64,000 nucleotides of DNA from assembly GCA_004297215.1 (NCBI GenBank), contig SCUM01000001.1:545181-609180 (forward strand). Direction: 5' to 3'. Position 1 is the first letter of the stretch. Each line of letters starts with the position of its first letter. The notes beneath the pieces are model-generated. The model worked only from the letters and a program-made list of their open reading frames with translations, did not search any database and was not told the origin of the DNA. Origin of the DNA: Patescibacteria group bacterium. Lineage in GTDB: Bacteria > Patescibacteriota > Patescibacteriia > UBA9934 > GWF2-40-263. Shown piece after piece: positions 54,800-63,826 of the stretch. The translations under genes and the position numbers were made by a program.

Positions 54800-54828
54800 A
54801 GTGTACCACTTTTTTGCCCTTTTGTCAA
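54800..54828 (-). promoter_or_regulatory. Sigma70 promoter
   Basis: TTGACA-17 nt-TACACT pointing toward the gene starting at 54671. Confidence 0.7.
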
Positions 54829-54905
54829 CCCCGACGTTTCAAGAATTTGTGTAATTCCAGCCAAATTATTGAAAGTCGGGGCCCCGACCCCGAAGGGCGT
54901 CGGGG
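54829..54905. repeat. Double-hairpin REP-like repeat, copy 3
   Basis: ccccgacg-tttcaagaattt...aaattattgaaa-gtcgggg ccccgaccccgaagggcgtcgggg. Confidence 0.8.
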
Positions 54906-55762
54906 GAGTGTTCAGCCAAAAATGCTTGTACCATCTCGAGCGTCACCGGGTGCTTCGTCCCGCTGTTCTTATGCCCCCACGCGCGGCCCATGCCGAAGGT
55001 GAATCCGCCGAAACGGTTGAACAATTTCTCGGCCGCGTCGGACTCCTGGACGTAGATGAACCCTCGGTCTGCCTCGACCACGATGATCGGGGTGGGCTTG
55101 CGCATGGCAAGCGCTGCGATGCGCGACAGCCGCACGCGCAGGTTTCCCGTCCCGTCCCCATGAACGATGAAATACCCGTTCCACGCTTCGCGCTTGTCCC
55201 ACGCGCGCTGGGCCTGCGCCATCTTTTCCTGTTCCTTGCCTGGATCGCGCACCTCATCCATGAGCCGGTCCATGTGCTCGAAGATGCCGCGGATGTCCTT
55301 CCATGCATATCCCTCCTTCAAGAGCGCCCACACGTACCCGCGGTCCTGGATGCCGATCGCGCGCACCAGGCGCGGATCGAACCCGAGCGCCTTGAGTTTC
55401 TTGTCGGTGATGCGGAAGAGCGAGCGGAACTGCTCGAGCGAGGAGCGCAGCCGGCGGCCGGTCTTCGGGTTCCGGGCACGATCAAGGCCGGTGTACTCGT
55501 GATGATCGATGATGACCACGTCGAATCCGGCGCGCCGAAGCGACTCCTCCGCCTTGGGCCCGGGCATCTCCACGACCACCACGCGCTTGTGCCCGCTGGC
55601 CTTCACCCGTTTCAACAGCTCCTTTTCCTTGTCGAGCGTCGCCCCATGGCCCTGCCGCGACCGGATGACGGGAAGCCCCATCGCCTTCGCGATGCGCCAG
55701 ATCTGAACGGCTTCGGGGTCGTTCACGGGGATGATGAGGACGCGGTCGCTCATAGGCATCAT
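54866..55762 (-). CDS. DHH-motif phosphoesterase-like protein (NrN-like)
   Basis: NDPEAVQI, VVVE, IIDHH, SSLEQ, QDRGYV; start 55762 or 55753. Confidence 0.7.
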   Translation of the reverse strand: MMPMSDRVLIIPVNDPEAVQIWRIAKAMGLPVIRSRQGHGATLDKEKELLKRVKASGHKRVVVVEMPGPKAEESLRRAGFDVVIIDHHEYTGLDRARNPKTGRRLRSSLEQFRSLFRITDKKLKALGFDPRLVRAIGIQDRGYVWALLKEGYAWKDIRGIFEHMDRLMDEVRDPGKEQEKMAQAQRAWDKREAWNGYFIVHGDGTGNLRVRLSRIAALAMRKPTPIIVVEADRGFIYVQESDAAEKLFNRFGGFTFGMGRAWGHKNSGTKHPVTLEMVQAFLAEHSPDALRGRGPDFQ

Positions 55763-55977
55763 TGACGGATGACCCGCCTATCATACATACTTTCGGCGGC
55801 TCGTGCGTATCCCAAGGCATCGTGGAACCCATCGGGATCGGTCGCCGAACAGGCAGACGATGGAAACTGGCGAGCATGCCTCGAACACGAAGCATCGTAG
55901 GTTCGAAAATTCCGCTGGCCGGGCTTACGGGCGGCCACCTGCCGCCCCGTCATGACCAACCCCCACCGGAGGATACG

Positions 55978-56133
55978 ATGCCCGAAGAAACGCGCGCCAA
56001 CGCTCGCGACCGACTCGACTGCGGACTGGGAGGGTGCTCGGCCCCGATCATCCCGCTCCCCTTCCACCTGCCCGGGTTTTACCCCGCGGTCACCGTCCGC
56101 GCGGTGATCCCGAAGCCGAAGCCGATCGCGTAG
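55978..56133 (+). CDS. Small hypothetical protein (51 aa)
   Basis: GGAGG 5 nt before the ATG; followed by a stem-loop and T tract. Confidence 0.45.
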   Translation: MPEETRANARDRLDCGLGGCSAPIIPLPFHLPGFYPAVTVRAVIPKPKPIA

Positions 56134-56138
56134 CGTTC

Positions 56139-56174
56139 ATCGCCGAGGGAAGACCTCCCCTCGGTGATTTTTTT
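56139..56174 (+). terminator. Intrinsic terminator
   Basis: atcgccgaggg-aagacctc-ccctcggtgat-tttttt. Confidence 0.7.
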
Positions 56175-56197
56175 GGATGAGAAAAGCCGCGGCGAAG

Positions 56198-56476
56198 CTA
56201 GTCGTCGCGGCTGGCGGGAGGATCCCGGAAGGCGCCGGCATCCTCGAGGCGTCGCGCGAGGGCGAGGCGCTCCTTCATGGCTTGCGCGAGGGTGATGTCG
56301 CCGCGCGTGAGCCGGGCGCCGACGTCCTCGTATTCGGGCGTGGCCTGGACCTGCCTGGTCACTTCGGCGAGACGGGAGAGTTCCGCCTCGTCCGGCAGCG
56401 CGGGGACGAACGGCACGCCTCCGGCGGCGGCCATGGCCGCCTGGGCCTGGAGCTGGGCTCCCTGGTTTGTCGCCAT
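56198..56476 (-). CDS. Hypothetical protein
   Basis: AGGAGG upstream of MATNQGAQLQAQAA...; helical, 92 aa. Confidence 0.65.
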   Translation of the reverse strand: MATNQGAQLQAQAAMAAAGGVPFVPALPDEAELSRLAEVTRQVQATPEYEDVGARLTRGDITLAQAMKERLALARRLEDAGAFRDPPASRDD

Positions 56477-56527
56477 CGCGACCTCCTGCGTTTGTTGCGT
56501 GGGACTGGAAACCATAATGGAAAGGGG

Positions 56528-57742
56528 TTACGCCGTCAAGACGGCCTGCCCGCCTTGGATGACGAGCGGGGCTTCGAGGCGCTGCGACCCATGCAGGATG
56601 ACGGAGGAGAGCGCCGGCACGCGCAGAAGGGTGTCTTCGGCCTCCTGCCCGACCACCTCGAGCATTTGCCCATGGGTGAGCGGCGTCTGCGCCCAACGCT
56701 TGTACCGTTCGACGGCCTTCAGGAATTCCGGCGTCCCGGCCACCCCGAGCGCGCTCGCGACGAGCGAATCGCGCACGAACAGGCCGGTCTCCAGGTCGCG
56801 CCGGCCGATCATCTTCAGGATGCCCGGGGCGGGCAGGATCTTCTGCGCGTATTCGCGGAGTCGCGCCTCTGCCGTCTCATCCGTCCACTCGCGATCCGGC
56901 TCGGACCCGATCGCGAACACGAGCGGCGTGAAATAGTCCTGGAGGAATAGCTCCCGGTCGGCGTTCGTGCGGGCCGTTTCCCGTTCAATCCATCGCCCTT
57001 CGCGCACCGACGCCTTGGCCAGGCGTTCGCCGTGCGCGGGCAGCGCCTCCTGCGCCGTGGCAAGCTTGTCCGCGTACCGCTGATGGATGGAGCGGATGAA
57101 AGCCGCGTCACGTTCAGAAACGGCGGCGGACTTGGATTGGATGAAACGGACGACTTGGACCGCATCCTTCTTTTTGGCAATGTCGTAAATCACCTCCACG
57201 AGGTCGATGCCCTGCTCGGCATCCAACCGGTCATGGGTACCGAGCATCTGGCGAAACGTGGCCGGAAGCCTTGCCTGGCGGCGGTCGTTTTCAAAACCAT
57301 CCTGAAGGCGCTTCACGTCGGCGAACACCGCGAGCGCGCCACGCGCGAAGATGTCCGCATACTCCACCGGCTTGATCTCCTTTTTTACCAGCTTCCCCTG
57401 TTGGAACCGGAAATCCGGGAGCATGGGGAGGCCCCGCTCGGCCGCGGCAGCGCCAAACGCGCGCGCAAACCGCTTCGAGAGCGCGTCAGGGGCGATGGAC
57501 CCGTTCACAAGGCCGCGCAAAAGCCTGTTTTGCAGAGCCGCCTCGGGCAGGCGCAACTCGCCGGCGCGTTCCCTCGATGCGATCGTAAGGAAATCCCTCA
57601 CGACCTGATCCAAATCGACGACCTCGCCGCCCTTCACGTCGCGCACGGACATCTCCTGCATCTCCCCCCTCTGCGGCTTCTCGACCAGCCTGAACGCGGG
57701 CGGCTGGCGCTCGGAAGCTTGGGAAGACGGCTGCTCGGCCAT
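56528..57742 (-). CDS. Hypothetical protein
   Basis: 404-aa ORF (MAEQPSSQ...) with a CCTATG start context; a PD-(D/E)xK-like element (HDRLDAEQGIDLVE...FIQSKS) is possible but weak. Confidence 0.7.
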   Translation of the reverse strand: MAEQPSSQASERQPPAFRLVEKPQRGEMQEMSVRDVKGGEVVDLDQVVRDFLTIASRERAGELRLPEAALQNRLLRGLVNGSIAPDALSKRFARAFGAAAAERGLPMLPDFRFQQGKLVKKEIKPVEYADIFARGALAVFADVKRLQDGFENDRRQARLPATFRQMLGTHDRLDAEQGIDLVEVIYDIAKKKDAVQVVRFIQSKSAAVSERDAAFIRSIHQRYADKLATAQEALPAHGERLAKASVREGRWIERETARTNADRELFLQDYFTPLVFAIGSEPDREWTDETAEARLREYAQKILPAPGILKMIGRRDLETGLFVRDSLVASALGVAGTPEFLKAVERYKRWAQTPLTHGQMLEVVGQEAEDTLLRVPALSSVILHGSQRLEAPLVIQGGQAVLTA

Positions 57743-57832
57743 AGGGGGAAACAAAATGGGCGAACGCCCGGAGGCGTCCACCCAATCTGACAAGCAGTAT
57801 AGCACGTTTGACGACGGATTTCAAGGGCCGTT

Positions 57833-60781
57833 TTACGGCGTTTTCTCAAATCCGACCGTCATATCCATCTCATTGGCGCGGAAGGAGGCGGCGTTTGCCG
57901 GTTTCGCGCCATCCGTGCGCAAGCTTTTCGCAAGCGTGCCGGTGATGACGGAGTCCTTGTGCTCGTCGAGCATCAATTTCACGTCAGGATGAGAGCTTTC
58001 GACGAATACGACGATGCGGTCCTGGATGGTGAGGCCGGCTTCCTTGCGCATGGCGTTGATTTTACGGATCACCTCTCTGCTGGTGCCTTCTCGGACGAGT
58101 TCCGGCGTGAGCGTCGCGTCGATCTCGACGGCGGCATCCCCTTTTTTGACGATGACGGCCTTCACGTTCACCTCGTCCTTCAAGATCTCGACAAGCTCGG
58201 GTGCGAGTTCCCCGCTGGGGAGCGACACGGTCATGGACGAAAGCGCCTGGCGCACGTTCTTCCCCGCTTCCGCCCTGCGCTCGAGCGCTTTGGAGACGAC
58301 GGAGCGGACGCGCGCCATGTCCGCGAGCAGATCGCCGTCCACGAGCGTCTCGTCCGCCTCCGGCCAGTCCTCGAGGTGCACGGACAGACGTTTCCCAACG
58401 CCGGCGAAACTGCCTTCTACGGCCTGATAGACGTGTTCTGCGAGAAACGGGGCGAACGGGGCGATCATTTTCGCGAAGGTGTCGAGGACGACGCGCAAGG
58501 TCATGACGGCTTCGCCCACAGACCCCCTGTCGTCCACCTTATCAAGGGGGACACTGGCCTTGAAACGGTCACGCGAACGGCGTACGTACCACTGGGAAAG
58601 GTCCGCGACGAATTCCGAGAGCGGCCGTGCGGCGCCAGCGAAGTCGTAGGCGTCCATGGCCTTCGTCTCGGCCTTGAGGGTCTCGTGGAGACGAGAGAGG
58701 ATCCAGCGGTCGAGGACGTGGGAGTTGGTATTTGGGAGTTGGGAGTTGGTATGCGCGGGGGTGGCGTAGAGCTGGTAGAAACTGACGACGTTCTTCAGGA
58801 TCATCACGAACTTCTTGTTCACCTCGTCCACGCCGGCTTCGCTGAAGCGCAGGTTCTCGCCGTGCACCACCGGGGAGGACATGAGATACAGGCGTACGGC
58901 GTCGGCGCCGTGCTTCTCCACCACCTCCATCGGGTCCGGATAGTTGTTGAGGCGCTTGCTCATCTTCTTCCCATCCTCGGCAAGCACGATGCCGTTCACC
59001 ACCACGTTTCGGAACGCCGGCTTGTCGAAGAGCGCCGTGGCGAGCACGTGCAGGGTGTAAAACCAGCCGCGGGTCTGGTCCTGCCCCTCGGCGATGAACT
59101 CGGCCGGGAACCCCGCGTCGAACTTTTCGGCGTTCTCAAACGGGTAATGGAGCTGGGCGTACGGCATGCTCCCGGACTCGAACCAGCAGTCGAGCACGTC
59201 GGGGACGCGCGCGTAGGTCTTGCCGCCCTTCGTGATGGTGATTGGGTCAACGATGTGCTTGTGCAGGTCGGTAACCTTCACGCCCGAAAGCTCCGCGAGC
59301 TCGTCGCGCGAGCCAAGGCACAGCACGTCGCCGTCCTCGGCGCGCCACACCGGAATGGGAGTGCCCCAAAATCGGCTGCGGCTCACGGCCCAGTCGCGCG
59401 CGCCCTCGAGCCACTTCCCGAAGCGGCCCTCCTTCATGTTTTCCGGCACCCAATTGATCCCTTCGTTGTGTTCGAGGAGCTTCGCCTTGAGCTCCGTGAC
59501 GCGCACGAACCACGACGAGGTCGCGTAGTTGAGCAACGGGGTGTCGCAGCGCCAGCAGTGCGGGTAGCTGTGCTGGATTTTCTTCTTCCAAACGAGACTC
59601 CCGCGCTTCGCGAGCGCCTTGATGATTTCCACGTCCATCCCCTGACCGTCCTCTTTGGACTTCACGGGACGACCCTTCACGGCGAACCCGTCCGTGACGA
59701 GCCCTTCGACAAGCTCAGGGACGAACGTCCCGTTCATCAACACATGCATGAGCGGCTTCACCTGCTCGCGCTTGCCAAGCTCCATGTCGTCGTCGCCGAA
59801 CCCGGGGGCGATGTGCACCACCTGCGTGCCGTCCTCAGTGGAAACGAACTCGGCCGCGACCACGCGGAAGGCATTTTCCCATTCCTTGAAATATGGGAAG
59901 AGCGGCTCGTAGGTCGCCCCGACAAGGTCGCTCCCCTTTGCCGATCCGACGACGGCCGCGTCACGTAGCGGAAAATCCTTTTCGTTCGAAAGACGAGCGA
60001 GCGCCGCCTTCCCAATCAGGTATTTCGTCCCTTCTTTCTCGATGAGGACATACTCCATGTCCGCGCCAACGGCGAGCAGGACGTTCCCCGGAAGCGTCCA
60101 TGGCGTCGTCGTCCACGCCACCAGCTTCGCCCCGGCGTGCGCCCCGCTCGTGAGCGTGAAGCCCGCGAACACCGAGATGTCCGTCACGTCCTGATAGTTC
60201 TGGCTCACCTCGAAGTTGGACAGCGCCGTCTCGCAGCGCGGACAAATATGCATGGGCTTGTGGCCCTCATACACGAGGCCGCGTTCCCACAGAGAGCGAA
60301 ACACCCACCAGATGCTCTCCATGTAGGAGAGGTCCATGGTCTTGTAGGAGTTCTCCATGTCCACCCAGCGGCCGATGCGGCGGATCACCTTTTTCCACTC
60401 GTCCGCGTAGGTGAGCACCGTGTCATGGCAGGCGTCGTTGAAATTCCCGATGCCGAACGCCTCGATGTCCGCGCGGCTCTTGAGGTCGAGCTTCTTCTCG
60501 ATGATGTTCTCGATCGGGAGCCCGTGGCAGTCCCACCCCCAAGTGCGCTCCACGCGCCGACCCTTCATCGTCCAGTAGCGCGGCGCGAGATCCTTCATCA
60601 CCGACGCGACGATGTGGCCGTAGTGCGGCAGCCCCGTGGCGAACGGCGGGCCGTCATAGAACGTGTACGCCTTTTCCGCCGGCCGGTTCTCAATGGATTT
60701 CTCAAACACCGAATGCGTTTCCCAATACGAGAGGATGTCGTGCTCCTGGGAAGCGCCAGTGGCGCGTTTTTCATCTGCCAT
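57833..60781 (-). CDS. ileS: Isoleucine--tRNA ligase, type 2 (eukaryote/archaea-like)
   Basis: FYDGPPFATGLPHYGH, GWDCHGLP, DWAVSRSRFWGTP, WFESGSMPY, EGQDQTRGWFY, KMSKR; C-terminus lacks the zinc finger. Confidence 0.97.
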   Translation of the reverse strand: MADEKRATGASQEHDILSYWETHSVFEKSIENRPAEKAYTFYDGPPFATGLPHYGHIVASVMKDLAPRYWTMKGRRVERTWGWDCHGLPIENIIEKKLDLKSRADIEAFGIGNFNDACHDTVLTYADEWKKVIRRIGRWVDMENSYKTMDLSYMESIWWVFRSLWERGLVYEGHKPMHICPRCETALSNFEVSQNYQDVTDISVFAGFTLTSGAHAGAKLVAWTTTPWTLPGNVLLAVGADMEYVLIEKEGTKYLIGKAALARLSNEKDFPLRDAAVVGSAKGSDLVGATYEPLFPYFKEWENAFRVVAAEFVSTEDGTQVVHIAPGFGDDDMELGKREQVKPLMHVLMNGTFVPELVEGLVTDGFAVKGRPVKSKEDGQGMDVEIIKALAKRGSLVWKKKIQHSYPHCWRCDTPLLNYATSSWFVRVTELKAKLLEHNEGINWVPENMKEGRFGKWLEGARDWAVSRSRFWGTPIPVWRAEDGDVLCLGSRDELAELSGVKVTDLHKHIVDPITITKGGKTYARVPDVLDCWFESGSMPYAQLHYPFENAEKFDAGFPAEFIAEGQDQTRGWFYTLHVLATALFDKPAFRNVVVNGIVLAEDGKKMSKRLNNYPDPMEVVEKHGADAVRLYLMSSPVVHGENLRFSEAGVDEVNKKFVMILKNVVSFYQLYATPAHTNSQLPNTNSHVLDRWILSRLHETLKAETKAMDAYDFAGAARPLSEFVADLSQWYVRRSRDRFKASVPLDKVDDRGSVGEAVMTLRVVLDTFAKMIAPFAPFLAEHVYQAVEGSFAGVGKRLSVHLEDWPEADETLVDGDLLADMARVRSVVSKALERRAEAGKNVRQALSSMTVSLPSGELAPELVEILKDEVNVKAVIVKKGDAAVEIDATLTPELVREGTSREVIRKINAMRKEAGLTIQDRIVVFVESSHPDVKLMLDEHKDSVITGTLAKSLRTDGAKPANAASFRANEMDMTVGFEKTP

Positions 60782-60847
60782 ATCGCGGAAATCCTAACAG
60801 TTTGGGGGGTGGAGGGCAACGCCCGAATGGGTTACCCTATGGGCATT

Positions 60848-61312
60848 ATGAAACCCACCATTTACGTCGGAGCCGACCATGCGGGCTGGGAGCTCAAGGA
60901 AGCGTTGGAGGAAACGCTCAAGGAAGAAGGGTACAAGGTCGTGGACATGGGCAACCGCGACCTGGTGGAGGACGACGACTATCCGGATTTCGGGTACGCG
61001 GTGGCGAAACGCGTGGTGACGGACCCAGGGAGCCACGGAATCGTGCTGTGCGGCAACGCGCAGGGGATCTGCATCGTCTCAAACAAGGTGAAGGGGATCC
61101 GCGCGGCCACCGGGTTCAACGCCGAGGCGGCCAAGATGGCGCGTACGGACGACGACAGCAACGTGCTATGCCTCCCGGCGCGGTTCCTGAAGCCGGCGGA
61201 AGCGAAAAAGATCGTGAAGGAATGGCTCGACACCCCGTTCTCGGGCGCGGAACGGCATGTGCGGCGATTGAAGAAGGTCGAGGAGATCGAGAACGAACAG
61301 TACGGAGTTTAG
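60848..61312 (+). CDS. rpiB: Ribose-5-phosphate isomerase B
   Basis: GADHAGWELK, DDYPD, GIVLCGNAQG, NKVKGIRA, NVLCL, RHVRRL. Confidence 0.92.
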   Translation: MKPTIYVGADHAGWELKEALEETLKEEGYKVVDMGNRDLVEDDDYPDFGYAVAKRVVTDPGSHGIVLCGNAQGICIVSNKVKGIRAATGFNAEAAKMARTDDDSNVLCLPARFLKPAEAKKIVKEWLDTPFSGAERHVRRLKKVEEIENEQYGV

Positions 61313-61374
61313 GTAAGTCAGGTAAGTCAGGAGCTCCTTACAGACCTGACAAGCCTGAAAAGCCTGAAAAGCCT
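61306..61374. repeat. Inverted 9-mer array between rpiB and rpe
   Basis: ttaggt aagtcaggt aagtcagga ... cctgacaag cctgaaaag cctgaaaag cct. Confidence 0.75.
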
Positions 61375-62031
61375 ATGATCGAAATCATCCCATCCATCCT
61401 CGTCCAAAGCGCCGACGAGTTCGAGCGGCGGCTGCGGCTCGTGGAAGACGGCTGCCTCACGGTGCATGTGGACGTGCTCGACGGGACGCTGTTCCCCTTC
61501 GTGAGCTGGTTCGACGCAAGCCGCGTGGGTACCCTTCGTACGCCCGTGCGATACGAGCTGCACCTCATGGTGGAGAATCCCCTGCCGATCATCGAGGCGT
61601 GGCGGAAGGAGGTGCCGGGATTCATGCGCGCCATCGTGCACGCCGAGATCAAGCGGCCGCTGGGCGCCGTGCTCGACCAGATCGCCGCGTGCAACCTTGA
61701 GGCGGGAATCGCGATGAATCCCGAGACGCCCATCCACGAGGTGCACCCGTTCGCGCACCGCATCCACCAGCTCACGGTGATGGGGGTGCACCCGGGAGCG
61801 TCGGGCCAGTCGTTCCTCGGGGAACCGATTCTCGAAAAAATGCGATCGATTGCCGAGCATTTCGCGGATTTGCCCGTGGAAATCGACGGGGGCGTTACCT
61901 CGGAGCTGCTCCCCGTGTTGATAGGGGCGGGAGCGACGCGCCTGTGCGCGGCCTCGTCGCTCTTTGGCGCCTCGGATCCTCTCGTCACCCTGCGGCACAT
62001 GCGGGAAACCGCCTCGACGTACGACGCGTGA
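61375..62031 (+). CDS. rpe: Ribulose-phosphate 3-epimerase
   Basis: IIPSIL, VHVDVLDG, ELHLMV, NPETP, MGVHPGASGQ, EIDGGV. Confidence 0.92.
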   Translation: MIEIIPSILVQSADEFERRLRLVEDGCLTVHVDVLDGTLFPFVSWFDASRVGTLRTPVRYELHLMVENPLPIIEAWRKEVPGFMRAIVHAEIKRPLGAVLDQIAACNLEAGIAMNPETPIHEVHPFAHRIHQLTVMGVHPGASGQSFLGEPILEKMRSIAEHFADLPVEIDGGVTSELLPVLIGAGATRLCAASSLFGASDPLVTLRHMRETASTYDA

Positions 62032-62076
62032 GCGTGCTATCCTCCCTTTAATCATTCATCACTGCGTAACGACCCT

Positions 62077-62865
62077 ATGCGCAAGCTGGCAAGTCTCGTA
62101 AGCGCCGCCGCCCTCCTCGGGAGCATGCTCCCCTTCGCGGCCTCCGCGGCCACGGTCCCCCTCTCCCAGGTGCAGTCCGGCGACCTCGTGCGCGGGCAAA
62201 GCTTCTCCGCGGTGTACTACTACGGCAAGGATGGCTTCCGCTACGTGTTCCCCAACGACAAGACCTACTTCACCTGGTACGCGAACTTCAACACCGTGAA
62301 GTTCATCACCGACGCCGACCTCGCCAAGATCCAGATCGGCGGCAACGTCACCTACAAGCCGGGCGTGAAGATGCTCAAGATCAATTCCGATCCCAAGACC
62401 TACGCGCTCTCGAAGGGCGGCATGCTGCGCTGGGTAAAGACCCCTGAAATCGCGGTCGGGCTCTACGGCGCGGACTGGAACAAGAAGATCGACGACGTGC
62501 CGGACGCGTTCTTCTCGAACTATAAGAAAGGGGCGGACCTCGAACAGGTCAGCGACTTCAATGCGGCGGCCGAGCAGAGCAACGTCGATGACATCAACGA
62601 CGACAAGGGCCTGCGCGCGCCCACGTTCATCGACATCGTGGACAACCAGTTCTCGGCCACGACCGTGACCATCCCGGCCAACACCGCCGTGAAGTTCACC
62701 AACAAGGGCGCAAACAAGCACACCGCCACGGCCACCGACCTCTCCTGGGGATCCGGCACGCTCGAAGCAGGCCAGAACTTCTCCCGCTACTTCAAGACCC
62801 CGGGCACCTACACGTACTTCTGCAGCTACCACCCGAGCATGACCGCGACGATCATCGTGCAATAA
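62077..62865 (+). CDS. Secreted protein with two surface-type repeats and a C-terminal cupredoxin (plastocyanin-like) domain
   Basis: Signal peptide; RYVFPNDKTYFTWY repeat; KHTAT...YFCSYHPSM type-1 copper ligands. Confidence 0.85.
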   Translation: MRKLASLVSAAALLGSMLPFAASAATVPLSQVQSGDLVRGQSFSAVYYYGKDGFRYVFPNDKTYFTWYANFNTVKFITDADLAKIQIGGNVTYKPGVKMLKINSDPKTYALSKGGMLRWVKTPEIAVGLYGADWNKKIDDVPDAFFSNYKKGADLEQVSDFNAAAEQSNVDDINDDKGLRAPTFIDIVDNQFSATTVTIPANTAVKFTNKGANKHTATATDLSWGSGTLEAGQNFSRYFKTPGTYTYFCSYHPSMTATIIVQ

Positions 62866-62872
62866 GGCCCGA

Positions 62873-62898
62873 GAAACGCCCCTACAACGGGGCGTTTC
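62873..62898 (+). terminator. Intrinsic terminator
   Basis: gaaacgcccc-tacaac-ggggcgtttc. Confidence 0.7.
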
Positions 62899-62922
62899 GA
62901 TTTGTGCTAAAATGACCGTGAT

Positions 62923-63822
62923 ATGCCTGACCTCACCATTGGCCCCAAGGCGCGGAAATCGCTGCACTTGCACGACCGCAAGCTGATGCAGCTTGAGGAG
63001 CGGGCGGTGAAGATCCGCAAGGACGTGATCGAGATGCTGGTCTCGGCGGGTTCCGGCCACAGCGCGGGGCCGCTTGGGATGGCGGACATCTTTACGGCGC
63101 TGTACTTCCACGTGATGAACCATGATCCCAAGAATCCCGAGTGGGAGGATCGCGATCGGCTGATCCTCTCCAACGGCCACATCTGCCCCATCCGCTACGC
63201 GGCCATGGCGCACGCCGGATACTTCCCCATCGCGGAGCTGAAGACGCTGCGCAAGCTCGGGACCCGATTGCAGGGCCACCCCGAGCGCTCCAAGCTCCCG
63301 GGCGTCGAGACCACCTCCGGCCCGCTGGGTTCCGGTTCCTCGCAGGCGGCGGGACTCGCCTACGCGGCGCTGCTCGACAAGAAGCCGTGGCGCACGTACT
63401 GCGTGATGAGCGACGGGGAGCTCGAGGCCGGACAGACCTGGGAGGCGATGCTGTTCGCGGGCCGCAACCGGCTCTACAACTGCACCTTCATCATCGACCG
63501 CAACAACATCCAGATCGACGGCACCACCGAGGAGATCATGCCGCTTGAGCCGCTGCTGCAGAAGTTCGAATCATTCAACCTGCACGCCATCCATTGCGCC
63601 GGCAACTCCATCCGCGACTTCGTGCTCGCGGTGGAACGCGCGCACGGGGTGAGCGAGAAGCCCACGGTGATCATCGCCGACACCATCCCGGGCTACGGCG
63701 TGGGCTACATGGAATATGACTTCCGCTGGCACGGCATCCCACCCAAGCCCGGCGAGGAGGCGGATAAGGCCCTGCACGACCTTCGCACGCTCGGCGGCCG
63801 TATCAAATCCGAACATCAATAA
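62923..63822 (+). CDS. Transketolase, N-terminal (TPP-binding) subunit
   Basis: SGHSAG, DRLILSNGH, LQGHP, SGPLGSG, SDGELEAGQTWEA...DRNNIQIDG. Confidence 0.93.
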   Translation: MPDLTIGPKARKSLHLHDRKLMQLEERAVKIRKDVIEMLVSAGSGHSAGPLGMADIFTALYFHVMNHDPKNPEWEDRDRLILSNGHICPIRYAAMAHAGYFPIAELKTLRKLGTRLQGHPERSKLPGVETTSGPLGSGSSQAAGLAYAALLDKKPWRTYCVMSDGELEAGQTWEAMLFAGRNRLYNCTFIIDRNNIQIDGTTEEIMPLEPLLQKFESFNLHAIHCAGNSIRDFVLAVERAHGVSEKPTVIIADTIPGYGVGYMEYDFRWHGIPPKPGEEADKALHDLRTLGGRIKSEHQ

Positions 63823-63826
63823 TTAT

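Noticed and set aside
53263-57742. Prophage
   Set aside because: No integrase, terminase, capsid or tail genes; only short hypothetical genes
3190-61374. Periodic repeats as CRISPR arrays
   Set aside because: Units are 7-16 nt with no unique spacers, and there are no cas genes in the window
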